From NCBI GenBank assembly GCA_964435245.1, contig CAYSYU010000020.1, forward strand, positions 14,071-78,070: a stretch of DNA of 64,000 nt, given 5' to 3'. Below are positions 18,080 to 26,922 of this stretch, in pieces. Origin of the DNA: an uncultured Methylomagnum sp. (GTDB taxonomy: Bacteria; Pseudomonadota; Gammaproteobacteria; Methylococcales; Methylomonadaceae). Each line of letters starts with the position of its first letter. The first letter of the stretch is position 1. The notes beneath the pieces were generated by a model. That model was given only the letters and a program-made list of their open reading frames with translations, searched no databases and was not told where the DNA came from. A program made the position numbers and the translations under genes.

Positions 18080-19731
18080 TAGCTTCTTGGTTCAAAAGCG
18101 GTTCTCCCTGGATATGGCTAAATGCCGCAGCCGTCAGCGCGTGCCTTATCATGATCTTGGGTGTCTTAGGCCTTATCGTCGTAAGGGGTATCGGTAACTT
18201 CTGGCCGGCCCAAGTAACGCGGATGAGTTACGAGGAGGATGACGGCCTCGTGAAAACCATTTTTGCCGAAATCATCGACACCAGTATTACCCCATCGGAG
18301 ATAGCTAAAGTTTCCGGTTTTAAAATGGCTCCAGACGAGGACGTATTGGTGCAATACCAGGTCAAAACAGGAAATCGCGATATTACCGGCGCTGATTTTA
18401 GGTGGCTACAGGAACGTAAGGTCAAAAACAAAGACCTCCCAGAAGACATAATGGTAATTGAACGCCGTGAATGGGGTAATTTTTACGGCCAGCTTGTCGC
18501 AGTCAAAGAAAATGGCAACAAGATAAGTAGCGACGACCAAACTTGGTCTGTGGCGCAGGCAAAAATTGCCGAAGCCTTGGATACCCATGAAAAAATAGCT
18601 CACCTGGAAAAAAAGGAAATTGGCGCCATTAATTACGGCTTAGAGCAGCTAAGGTTGAAAAAGCGGAAGCTGGAATTAAAAAACCAACTGGATGATGCCG
18701 CCAAAATTGACTTGGAAACCCAAAAATCCGAGCTTGAAAAAGAATATCAGCAACTACAATCGCAACTAAAAACCTTATATCAAAAAGTCAGAAGCGGTAG
18801 TTTAGTGGCGAAAACGGATAGCGGTACGGAAGTTAGTATCCCTTTAGCTAAAGTCGTGAGGATTTATCAGCCGAATAAAATGAACCTGTTCGATAAGGTA
18901 GGGCATTATTTCAGCAAACTCGGCGAATTCTTAGCTGACGACCCGCGTGAAGCAAACACCGAAGGCGGCATTTTTCCCGCTATCTTCGGGACGATCATGA
19001 TGGTTTTGATTATGTCGGTTATCGTCACTCCTTTTGGCGTTATCGCCGCGGTTTACCTGCGAGAATATGCCAAACAAGGGTTTACGACAAGGCTAATCAG
19101 GATTGCGGTAAACAACTTGGCAGGAGTTCCCTCTGTAGTATATGGCGTATTCGGCTTAGGTTTTTTTGTTTATATCCTGGGCGGCAGCATTGACCGTTTA
19201 TTTTATCCGGAAGCCTCGCCTGCTCCTGTATTTGGGACTCCGGGCATACTTTGGGCGTCCATCACGCTGTCACTATTGACCTTGCCTGTCGTCATCGTTG
19301 CAACCGAAGAAGGTTTGGCGCGTATCCCTAAGTCAATCCGGGAAGGCAGCCTGGCATTGGGGGCCACTAAAATTGAGACGATATGGGGTATCATTTTACC
19401 TATGGCAAGTCCCGCCATACTGACTGGGCTCATCCTGGCAGTTGCGAGGGCGGCCGGCGAGGTAGCGCCGCTAATGCTGGTTGGCGTCGTCAAGCTGGCG
19501 CCGACCTTGCCTTTGGACGGGAATTACCCTTTTGTCCATTTGGACAGGAAATTTATGCACCTGGGCTTCCATATTTACGATGTCGGCTTCCAAAGCCCCA
19601 ATGTCGAAGCGGCACGGCCTTTGGTTTATGCAACGGCGTTATTGCTGGTCTTAGTGATTATTGGGTTAAACCTATCTGCAATAATTATCAGGAATAATCT
19701 GCGGGAAAAATATCGGGCATTGGAAGGTTAA
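18076..19731 (+). CDS. pstA: phosphate ABC transporter permease PstA, long form with ~260-aa insertion including a coiled coil
   Basis: 551 aa. An N-terminal TM is followed by a soluble insert with heptad-like LEQLRLKKRKLELKNQLDDAAKIDLETQKSELEKEYQQLQSQLKTL. The PstA core includes EGSLALGATK. Confidence 0.9.
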   Translation: MIASWFKSGSPWIWLNAAAVSACLIMILGVLGLIVVRGIGNFWPAQVTRMSYEEDDGLVKTIFAEIIDTSITPSEIAKVSGFKMAPDEDVLVQYQVKTGNRDITGADFRWLQERKVKNKDLPEDIMVIERREWGNFYGQLVAVKENGNKISSDDQTWSVAQAKIAEALDTHEKIAHLEKKEIGAINYGLEQLRLKKRKLELKNQLDDAAKIDLETQKSELEKEYQQLQSQLKTLYQKVRSGSLVAKTDSGTEVSIPLAKVVRIYQPNKMNLFDKVGHYFSKLGEFLADDPREANTEGGIFPAIFGTIMMVLIMSVIVTPFGVIAAVYLREYAKQGFTTRLIRIAVNNLAGVPSVVYGVFGLGFFVYILGGSIDRLFYPEASPAPVFGTPGILWASITLSLLTLPVVIVATEEGLARIPKSIREGSLALGATKIETIWGIILPMASPAILTGLILAVARAAGEVAPLMLVGVVKLAPTLPLDGNYPFVHLDRKFMHLGFHIYDVGFQSPNVEAARPLVYATALLLVLVIIGLNLSAIIIRNNLREKYRALEG

Positions 19732-19734
19732 AAA

Positions 19735-20568
19735 ATGGCAACAGAAGAAGTACGCACCCACGCAATTGACATGAACTCAATACTCCGTGGCCGAGATGAG
19801 AAAACAGGGCAGCACGAAATTACCATCAAGGTGGAAAACCTAAATCTGTATTATGGGCACAAGCAGGCCTTGCATAATATCAACATGGAAATACCCAAAC
19901 GGAAAGTAACCGCTTATATTGGCCCTAGCGGTTGCGGAAAATCGACATTGTTGCGCTGCATTAACCGTATGAACGATTTGGTTGACAGCGCGAGGATCGA
20001 AGGCAAGATCCTGCTGGACAATGAAAATATCTACGACAAATCGGTGAATGTGGCGGACTTACGCAGGCGTGTGGGGATGGTGTTCCAGAAGCCCAACCCG
20101 TTCCCCAAGTCCATTGCCGAAAATGTCGCCTACGGTTTACGGATACAAGGTATCAACGATAAGCGAACCTTGGATGAAACCATTGAAAATGCCTTACGGG
20201 GTGCGGCGCTATGGGATGAAGTGAAAGATCGCCTTAATGATAACGCCTTGGGTTTGTCCGGCGGCCAACAACAGCGCTTGGTCATTGCCAGGGCGATTGC
20301 CATTGAACCCGAAGTGCTGTTATTGGATGAACCGGCATCGGCATTAGACCCTATTTCGACACTGAAAATTGAAGAACTTATTAACGAGCTTAAAGAAAAG
20401 TACACGATAGTCATCGTCACGCACAATATGCAGCAGGCAGCCCGTGTTTCCGACTATACTGCATTCATGTATATGGGTGATTTAATTGAGATAGGCAGTA
20501 CCAGCCAGTTATTCACCAACCCCAAAAAGAAGCAGACTGAAGATTACATCACAGGCCGATACGGTTAA
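19735..20568 (+). CDS. pstB: phosphate ABC transporter ATP-binding protein PstB
   Basis: 277 aa with Walker [10 protein letters not shown], signature LSGGQQQRL and Walker [12 protein letters not shown]. Confidence 0.97.
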   Translation: MATEEVRTHAIDMNSILRGRDEKTGQHEITIKVENLNLYYGHKQALHNINMEIPKRKVTAYIGPSGCGKSTLLRCINRMNDLVDSARIEGKILLDNENIYDKSVNVADLRRRVGMVFQKPNPFPKSIAENVAYGLRIQGINDKRTLDETIENALRGAALWDEVKDRLNDNALGLSGGQQQRLVIARAIAIEPEVLLLDEPASALDPISTLKIEELINELKEKYTIVIVTHNMQQAARVSDYTAFMYMGDLIEIGSTSQLFTNPKKKQTEDYITGRYG

Positions 20569-20582
20569 CCGGGAGAAAGCGA

Positions 20583-21311
20583 ATGGAAAACACCAGCATT
20601 GGGCATCATATATCTGGACAGTTCAATAAGGAACTGGAGGATATCCGTAACAATGTGCTAACCATGGGCGGGATGGTTGAAGAACAAATAGAACTTGCAA
20701 TCAAGGCCTTTACGACTGCTGACCTTGAACTGGCGGAACATGTTATCAAGCAGGATAACCAGATAGATGCCTTGGAAATTGCGCTGGACCGCGAATGTAC
20801 CCAAATTATGGCGCTGCGCCAGCCTACTGCGTTCGATTTAAGGTTATTGTTGACCGTCTTAAAAATTATCAATGAGCTAGAGCGGGTGGGCGATTTAGCC
20901 GAACATATCGCTAAAATGGCAATTTATATTTCCGACATTGAGGGCAATAAAAACGACCCTTACTACGAAATCAAACATATGGCCGAACTCGTCAGGAACA
21001 TGCTCCATGATGCCTTGGACGCATTTGCCCGCATGACTGTCGAACCAGTGCCGGCCATTACCGGTAATGATGAAAACGTAGACCGGGAATACGCCAGTAT
21101 CTTACGGCAACAAATTACCTACATGATGGAAGACACCAGGAACATCACCCGAACGCTCAATGTGTTATGGGCGGTGCGTTCGCTGGAGAGGATTGGGGAC
21201 CATGCCTGCAATATCTGCGAACACTTGGTTTACATGATCAAAGGCGAAGATGTCCGTCATCTTAGCCATGCGGAGCTGGAAAAGAAATTAAAAGGGGAAA
21301 AAACCGCTTAA
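20583..21311 (+). CDS. phoU: phosphate signalling complex protein PhoU
   Basis: 242 aa with two PhoU repeats, each carrying the E(R/L)xGD motif (ELERVGDLAEHI, SLERIGDHACNI). Confidence 0.95.
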   Translation: MENTSIGHHISGQFNKELEDIRNNVLTMGGMVEEQIELAIKAFTTADLELAEHVIKQDNQIDALEIALDRECTQIMALRQPTAFDLRLLLTVLKIINELERVGDLAEHIAKMAIYISDIEGNKNDPYYEIKHMAELVRNMLHDALDAFARMTVEPVPAITGNDENVDREYASILRQQITYMMEDTRNITRTLNVLWAVRSLERIGDHACNICEHLVYMIKGEDVRHLSHAELEKKLKGEKTA

Positions 21312-21327
21312 TTTATGTTTTTTCCCT

Positions 21328-21354
21328 AGTTGTTCAGGTGCGGCCTGAACAACT
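21328..21354. terminator. hairpin between convergent phoU and the DUF748-like gene (possible bidirectional terminator)
   Basis: AGTTGTTCAGG-tgcgg-CCTGAACAACT is an 11-bp perfect stem. The U-tract is weak on both strands. Confidence 0.45.
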
Positions 21355-21383
21355 ACTTTGGATAAGCAGTGGGGTTCTGGTCA

Positions 21384-24300
21384 TCAATTAGTTTTCAAGG
21401 ATAGGGCGCTGTCTATGCTCTTACCATCCCGTTTAGGGTCGACCGCTGAATCCAGGATAAAGATGCGTTCGTTCGGAATACCCCCCTTTTGCGCCATATA
21501 TTTGGCTATGGCTTGCGAGCGATTGGATGCCAGGTCTTTAAGGCGTTTTGGTTCGGGCTTGATAAGCTCCGCCATTTTTTGCCTTGCAACCTGGTAAAAA
21601 TCGCCGGTAAGCGGGCTAAGCAGTTTCGGTGTACCGAGTAGGGATTTCTCAGCCATTGTCGGAAACCTTTTGATAAAGGCATCGGCAAGCAAATCATTGT
21701 AGTCGTCTTCTGACAGCTTAAATTGTTCAAGACCCACTTTCCTGCCTTCTTCTTTACTCATTTCTTCGGCTTTCAAAGCCTTGAGTTGTTCCAACAAGGC
21801 ATCTTCACGCAGTACCGGCCAGTCTTGCTCTTCAAAGGCGGCCCCCTTGATTTCAAGGTTCAGCACAGGCTTCTCTTTCAATGCCTTGGCGACATCATCC
21901 AGTTTTTTCATTTCCTTTTCGTCGAGTTCATACTTACCTGGGCCGAAACCGACAACACTTAAATTTTCTTCACTACCCACCAAAGACGCTATGGCGTTGA
22001 AAGGCGAAGTGACTATTTTGGTCAGCACATTGACCAATGCATCGACGATAATTCCGCTTATGCTGAATTTAGGATCTTCCAGGCTGCCAGTCAATGGCAC
22101 ATCCAGCTTTATTTTACCGCTCGAATCCTTCAATAACGCGATCGCCAATTCAAGCGGCAGGGAAACCGCATTAGGGTTATCCACTTTTTCACCCAGTTCA
22201 AGCTGGTCGATCAAGATGCTATTAGACGCATTTAGCTTACCTTTTTCTACTTGGTACCTCAAGCCTAAGGTCAATTTGCCTTTCTCAATCTTATAACCGG
22301 CAAACTGCACCATGTAAGGGGTTACCAAAGGCATCGGCAAGCCGTCGAATTTGATGCTTATATCGTAATTGCCCAGGTAAGGGCTGATCTCTCCGGCAAT
22401 GTCTACTGGGGCGAGATCGTAAGCGCTGCCCTTCAAATCGACTTTAACGGTGGATTTCTGGTCTGAAGAAATCCCTTTCGCCCCGCCATCGAGGCTTTCG
22501 ATTTGAGCGGCGAACGGCAATATCAATGAAAGGTCGGCAAAATCCGAAGAGCCTTCAACAATTTTGACCTGATCCAATTTGAAGATCGGTTTAGCGCTTT
22601 GCGTAGCCTTACCTTTTTCCGTTTTGGCCGGTTTGCTAGGCTTAACGGGTTTCGCCGATTTATCAGGCACGCCCTTGTCGGCAACCATGATGTCGGAGAA
22701 ATTGACTGTCTTATCCTTCCTAATGGTGACCTTGGCAAAAGGTTTCTCGATTAACAAAGTCGCTGCACTATAACGGTTAGCCAACAGGTCGACATCGACA
22801 TTTTTAAAGGTCAGGTTTTTCCACTTGACGAAGTCCTTATTTAGGATTTTGTCCCGAGTCAAGAGGCTGGCAATCCCTGTGTTCCCTTTAAACTTGACAT
22901 CTAATGGCTTGTCTGGCGGCTGCTTGATTGCAAGATTGCCGTCGACATTGAATTTTCCATCCAGCAGGTAGAGGCGGGCAAATTTTTCGACATAGGGCTG
23001 AAAATCCCTTAAGGCTATATTTTTGACATCGAGGTCGATTTTAGCTGAAAGCGGCGAGATGACGGTGTCCCCCTTCAATTTAATCGAACCCGTTTTATTA
23101 AAGCCGATATCGAGTTGAAAAGGAAGTTTGGCTTCGGGTTTATTGGTGATGTTGTTAACTTTAAGGTTAATCGGTTTGGCGATCATAGTCGTCTTCTTTT
23201 TAAGGGACCTGTCCTCAAAATTTACCATGTAATTGTTCAATTCCAAGGTAGCGACATTTAGCAGCCAATCTTTTTCGGGTAAAACCGGTTGCGCAGCCGC
23301 TGTTGCTACGTTGGCTGCGGTTTCCACATCTTCCTTGAAGTCTACTGTTTTAGCGGTAGCGTAGTCAGGGTTAGTCACTTCTACTTTTTTGCCTTCCTGT
23401 GTTGGAACCAGTTTTTGATAATTGAGCGAGCCGTCGGGATTTAGCCAGGCCTGAAATTCGGCATCTTTCGATGTTATCGATGCTATTTTGACTTCCCTGT
23501 TTTTTAGGTCGACGTCCATATCGCTAAGGCCAAAGGCCGGAATTTTGACCAGGGTTGCGTTATCTCCTTTTTCTGCCAGATGCAAATCGTGAAATTCAAA
23601 CTTGCCGCGGCTGACATGGATGTCTTTGGCGTTTTGCGTCAACCCCAATTGATAGCTTGTTTCTAAGGCCAAGTCAGGAATTTTGACTTCCACCTTTTGT
23701 TGGTTAAGGCCGTTTAACAGTAGGTTCTTGATAGCTAGAGTGGCTTTATTCGCCGCTACTTTAAGTTCATCTTTAGTTTGGGTAACTGTCACATCTGTTT
23801 CATGGCTGAATTCAGGGATGGAAACAGATATCGGTTCGGGTGCCTGATTGGAAAACTGTAGGTCGCGGCTGGACAGCTTTGCCTTTTTGATGACAACATC
23901 AATATTATTGTTGGCCAGGGTGGCAATGCAATCGGTTTCAATGCCAATGCTGGGGGATTTAAGCAAATTTTTATCGGTGGTTTTGTCGGCAAACTGAAAA
24001 TCGCGCAGTTCTAATTTGCTTTTCTTGATGTCAAATTTCAAGTTTTTTTTATCTAATTCGACTTTGTAATCGATATTGAGCAGCCCATTACCCTGTAGAT
24101 CAAATGCATCGTTATCGGATAAGGCCAATGCCAACAGTTTCCGCAATTGAAGCTTATCCAGCTTGATTCCACCTTCGGAAAAGACTGGATTAATGCCGGC
24201 ACTTGTGGTCCATTCCAATTTTCCGCCGGATTTAAGGGCCAAATTGAAGTCCAGTTTACCTTTTGAACCTTGTTCAGTACTCAAATCGCTAACATCCAAG

Positions 24301-25148
24301 TTAATCGGGAATATTTCTTCCGATACAGGCTTATTGAAATGTTTATCATCCCAGGATAGCTTTCCTTCTTTTATAGAGAGCTTGACGAGATGCAGCGGGA
24401 ACAATTCGCCATCATCCTTCTTTGGCTCTTCTTTATTTTTAGGCTTCGCCATATCCTCAAAATTGAATTTACCGTCTTTCCCTTTGGCAAGATGAACTGC
24501 CGGTTTAATGAGCGCAATTTCATCAACGACTAATGCCAATTGTCCAAGAGACTGGAAGCCGTTGATGTCCAGCATAAAATTTTCAAAGCCGACAAAGGGT
24601 TCGCCATTTTTTTCTTCTATCTTGAACCCTTGGATGGAGGCTATGAATTTAAATGGATTAAATTCTATGTTCGCTACCGACGCTTCCCTGCCAGTCTGTT
24701 CATGGATTATGTCCGGTATTTTAGATTTCAAAACCGCGGGTAACAAATAAAAGCCTAATACGGCATAACCTGAGATTATGCCGACAGTGATGACAAATGG
24801 CCTTAGAAAGGAGGCGAATGGTTCTGGGATTTTAAGGTACTTCTCATTCAGCCGTTCGATAACACCGTCAGGACGGACGGTTTCATGTTGCTCCTGGCCT
24901 TTGTCCGGCTTGGGCTTCCCAAAGTGGATTGGGATGGCCTTTGTTAATTTACTAAAGGGTTCTTTGCAAGCTACCCAAAGCTTCCTTAAAGACGTTTCCC
25001 CGGTTTCAGTTTGGCCCGTTTGATTTGGGATGCCGCCACCGGACGGCATCCCAATGTTAAATTTTGACCGAAACCGCCCGCTGGCCTTAGAGATCCAGGT
25101 AACCAGTTTCTTCATGTAAGACTTGATCAAGCCCTTGTACCTCTTCAT
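21384..25148 (-). CDS. very large DUF748/AsmA-like envelope protein with OmpA-like C-terminal region
   Basis: 1254-aa ORF with one N-terminal TM (FVITVGIISGYAVLGFYLLPAV). Long repetitive beta-rich modules lead to a C-terminal segment (LEIKGAAF...NRSQAIAKYMAQKGGIPNERIF) resembling OmpA-like domains. The start is uncertain: 25148, 25115 or 25049, and only 25049 avoids overlap with amtB. Confidence 0.6.
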   Translation of the reverse strand: MKRYKGLIKSYMKKLVTWISKASGRFRSKFNIGMPSGGGIPNQTGQTETGETSLRKLWVACKEPFSKLTKAIPIHFGKPKPDKGQEQHETVRPDGVIERLNEKYLKIPEPFASFLRPFVITVGIISGYAVLGFYLLPAVLKSKIPDIIHEQTGREASVANIEFNPFKFIASIQGFKIEEKNGEPFVGFENFMLDINGFQSLGQLALVVDEIALIKPAVHLAKGKDGKFNFEDMAKPKNKEEPKKDDGELFPLHLVKLSIKEGKLSWDDKHFNKPVSEEIFPINLDVSDLSTEQGSKGKLDFNLALKSGGKLEWTTSAGINPVFSEGGIKLDKLQLRKLLALALSDNDAFDLQGNGLLNIDYKVELDKKNLKFDIKKSKLELRDFQFADKTTDKNLLKSPSIGIETDCIATLANNNIDVVIKKAKLSSRDLQFSNQAPEPISVSIPEFSHETDVTVTQTKDELKVAANKATLAIKNLLLNGLNQQKVEVKIPDLALETSYQLGLTQNAKDIHVSRGKFEFHDLHLAEKGDNATLVKIPAFGLSDMDVDLKNREVKIASITSKDAEFQAWLNPDGSLNYQKLVPTQEGKKVEVTNPDYATAKTVDFKEDVETAANVATAAAQPVLPEKDWLLNVATLELNNYMVNFEDRSLKKKTTMIAKPINLKVNNITNKPEAKLPFQLDIGFNKTGSIKLKGDTVISPLSAKIDLDVKNIALRDFQPYVEKFARLYLLDGKFNVDGNLAIKQPPDKPLDVKFKGNTGIASLLTRDKILNKDFVKWKNLTFKNVDVDLLANRYSAATLLIEKPFAKVTIRKDKTVNFSDIMVADKGVPDKSAKPVKPSKPAKTEKGKATQSAKPIFKLDQVKIVEGSSDFADLSLILPFAAQIESLDGGAKGISSDQKSTVKVDLKGSAYDLAPVDIAGEISPYLGNYDISIKFDGLPMPLVTPYMVQFAGYKIEKGKLTLGLRYQVEKGKLNASNSILIDQLELGEKVDNPNAVSLPLELAIALLKDSSGKIKLDVPLTGSLEDPKFSISGIIVDALVNVLTKIVTSPFNAIASLVGSEENLSVVGFGPGKYELDEKEMKKLDDVAKALKEKPVLNLEIKGAAFEEQDWPVLREDALLEQLKALKAEEMSKEEGRKVGLEQFKLSEDDYNDLLADAFIKRFPTMAEKSLLGTPKLLSPLTGDFYQVARQKMAELIKPEPKRLKDLASNRSQAIAKYMAQKGGIPNERIFILDSAVDPKRDGKSIDSALSLKTN

Positions 25149-26394
25149 CCGAGGTGACGCGCAATCCTATGCACTTATCCAAGCCTTTAAGGATCAGATA
25201 ACTGAACAATGCGCTCCACGAGATTGTTGCCAAGATCGCCAGTGCCTGGACACCGACTTGACCCGCGATGGTTACTCCTTGCGCAAGCCCTAGGCCGCCC
25301 AAGCTGCTTTCAGCAAAAACCCCGGTCAATAACGAGCCGGTGATCCCGCCGATCCCATGCACAGGAAAGACATCAAGCGAATCGTCGATAATCAGTTTGC
25401 GCTTGATAATCTGGGTAGCAAAAAAACAGACGGCCCCTGCGGTCACGCCGATAACCAAGGCGCCCATCGGGCCGACAAAACCGGATGCGGGGGTAATCGT
25501 GCCCAAGCCTGCCACCATACCCGTTACAATACCCAACACGCTGGGTTTACCAAAGCGTACCCATTCGATTGTCATCCAGGTCAATGAACCAGCCGCAGCG
25601 CCGATATGGGTAACCAGCATCGCCATACCTGCACGGCCATCGGAGGTCAGTGCGCTACCCGCATTGAAACCGAACCAGCCTACCCACAGCATCCCTGCGC
25701 CAGTCACCACCATCGTCATGTTATGGGGCGGCATGGCGGTAGTCGGGAATCCCTTGCGCTTGCCGATAACCAAAGCCGATACCAATGCGGCGACACCTGC
25801 ATTGATGTGGATAACGATGCCCCCGGCAAAATCCATCACGCCCAAATCAGCCAGCCAACCGCTGCCCCAAATCCAATGGCAAATCGGTATATAGACCAGG
25901 CACAACCATAAGGCGCTAAACCACAACATGGCCGAAAATTTCATCCGCTCGGCAAACGCGCCTACAATCAGGGCGGGTGTGATAATCGCAAAAGTCATCT
26001 GGAACATGAAGTAGACAGTTTCCGGGATATCGCCTGTCAATGATCCCGTATTGATATCGGGTAAAAACGCTTTCGACATTCCCCCCAAATATTTTTGCAG
26101 GTCGCCGCCGTCGGAAAAAATAAGGCTGTATGCCCCGGCCAGCCAAAGGATCGACACCAAGCAGGTAATTGCGAAACACTGCATCAGTACAGACAACACG
26201 TTCTTGCTTCTGACTAATCCTGCATAGAACAGCGACAGGCCGGGAATGGTCATGAATAGTACTAACGCGGTTGAAGTGAGTATCCAGGCCGTGTTTGCCT
26301 GGTTTAATTCGGCCGCTGCAGCCAACCCTGGAAACAAAAGCAATACAAAAAACAGCTTCTTATAATTATTGTTATGGTTCATTTTGAATTCCAA
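25087..26394 (-). CDS. amtB: ammonium transporter AmtB
   Basis: 435 aa, signal-like N-terminus and 11 TM. Amt-family motifs are present (DFAGGIVIHINAGVAALV, GWFGFNAGS, VHGIGGITGSLLTG). Confidence 0.95.
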   Translation of the reverse strand: MEFKMNHNNNYKKLFFVLLLFPGLAAAAELNQANTAWILTSTALVLFMTIPGLSLFYAGLVRSKNVLSVLMQCFAITCLVSILWLAGAYSLIFSDGGDLQKYLGGMSKAFLPDINTGSLTGDIPETVYFMFQMTFAIITPALIVGAFAERMKFSAMLWFSALWLCLVYIPICHWIWGSGWLADLGVMDFAGGIVIHINAGVAALVSALVIGKRKGFPTTAMPPHNMTMVVTGAGMLWVGWFGFNAGSALTSDGRAGMAMLVTHIGAAAGSLTWMTIEWVRFGKPSVLGIVTGMVAGLGTITPASGFVGPMGALVIGVTAGAVCFFATQIIKRKLIIDDSLDVFPVHGIGGITGSLLTGVFAESSLGGLGLAQGVTIAGQVGVQALAILATISWSALFSYLILKGLDKCIGLRVTSDEEVQGLDQVLHEETGYLDL

Positions 26395-26401
26395 ACGCCA
26401 T

Positions 26402-26791
<390 letters not shown>

Positions 26792-26922
26792 TCATACACA
26801 ATTTATCGGCATTCAACGAGTAAACGCCGCCAAAATAACAAAAAAATACGCCCAAGCGCGTTGTCGATTAAATTTTGCGGGACATTGTACGCGGGTGATA
26901 GGATTAGCAGGCTTGCCCTTCC

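Noticed and set aside
25268-25894. Long antisense ORFs inside amtB, pstC (15955..16530), the DUF748 gene (21781..22296), the porin (42252..42764) and cysW (45274..45816)
   Set aside because: These are shadow ORFs opposite well-supported genes. Their Pro/Ser/Ala-rich low-complexity translations carry no motifs.
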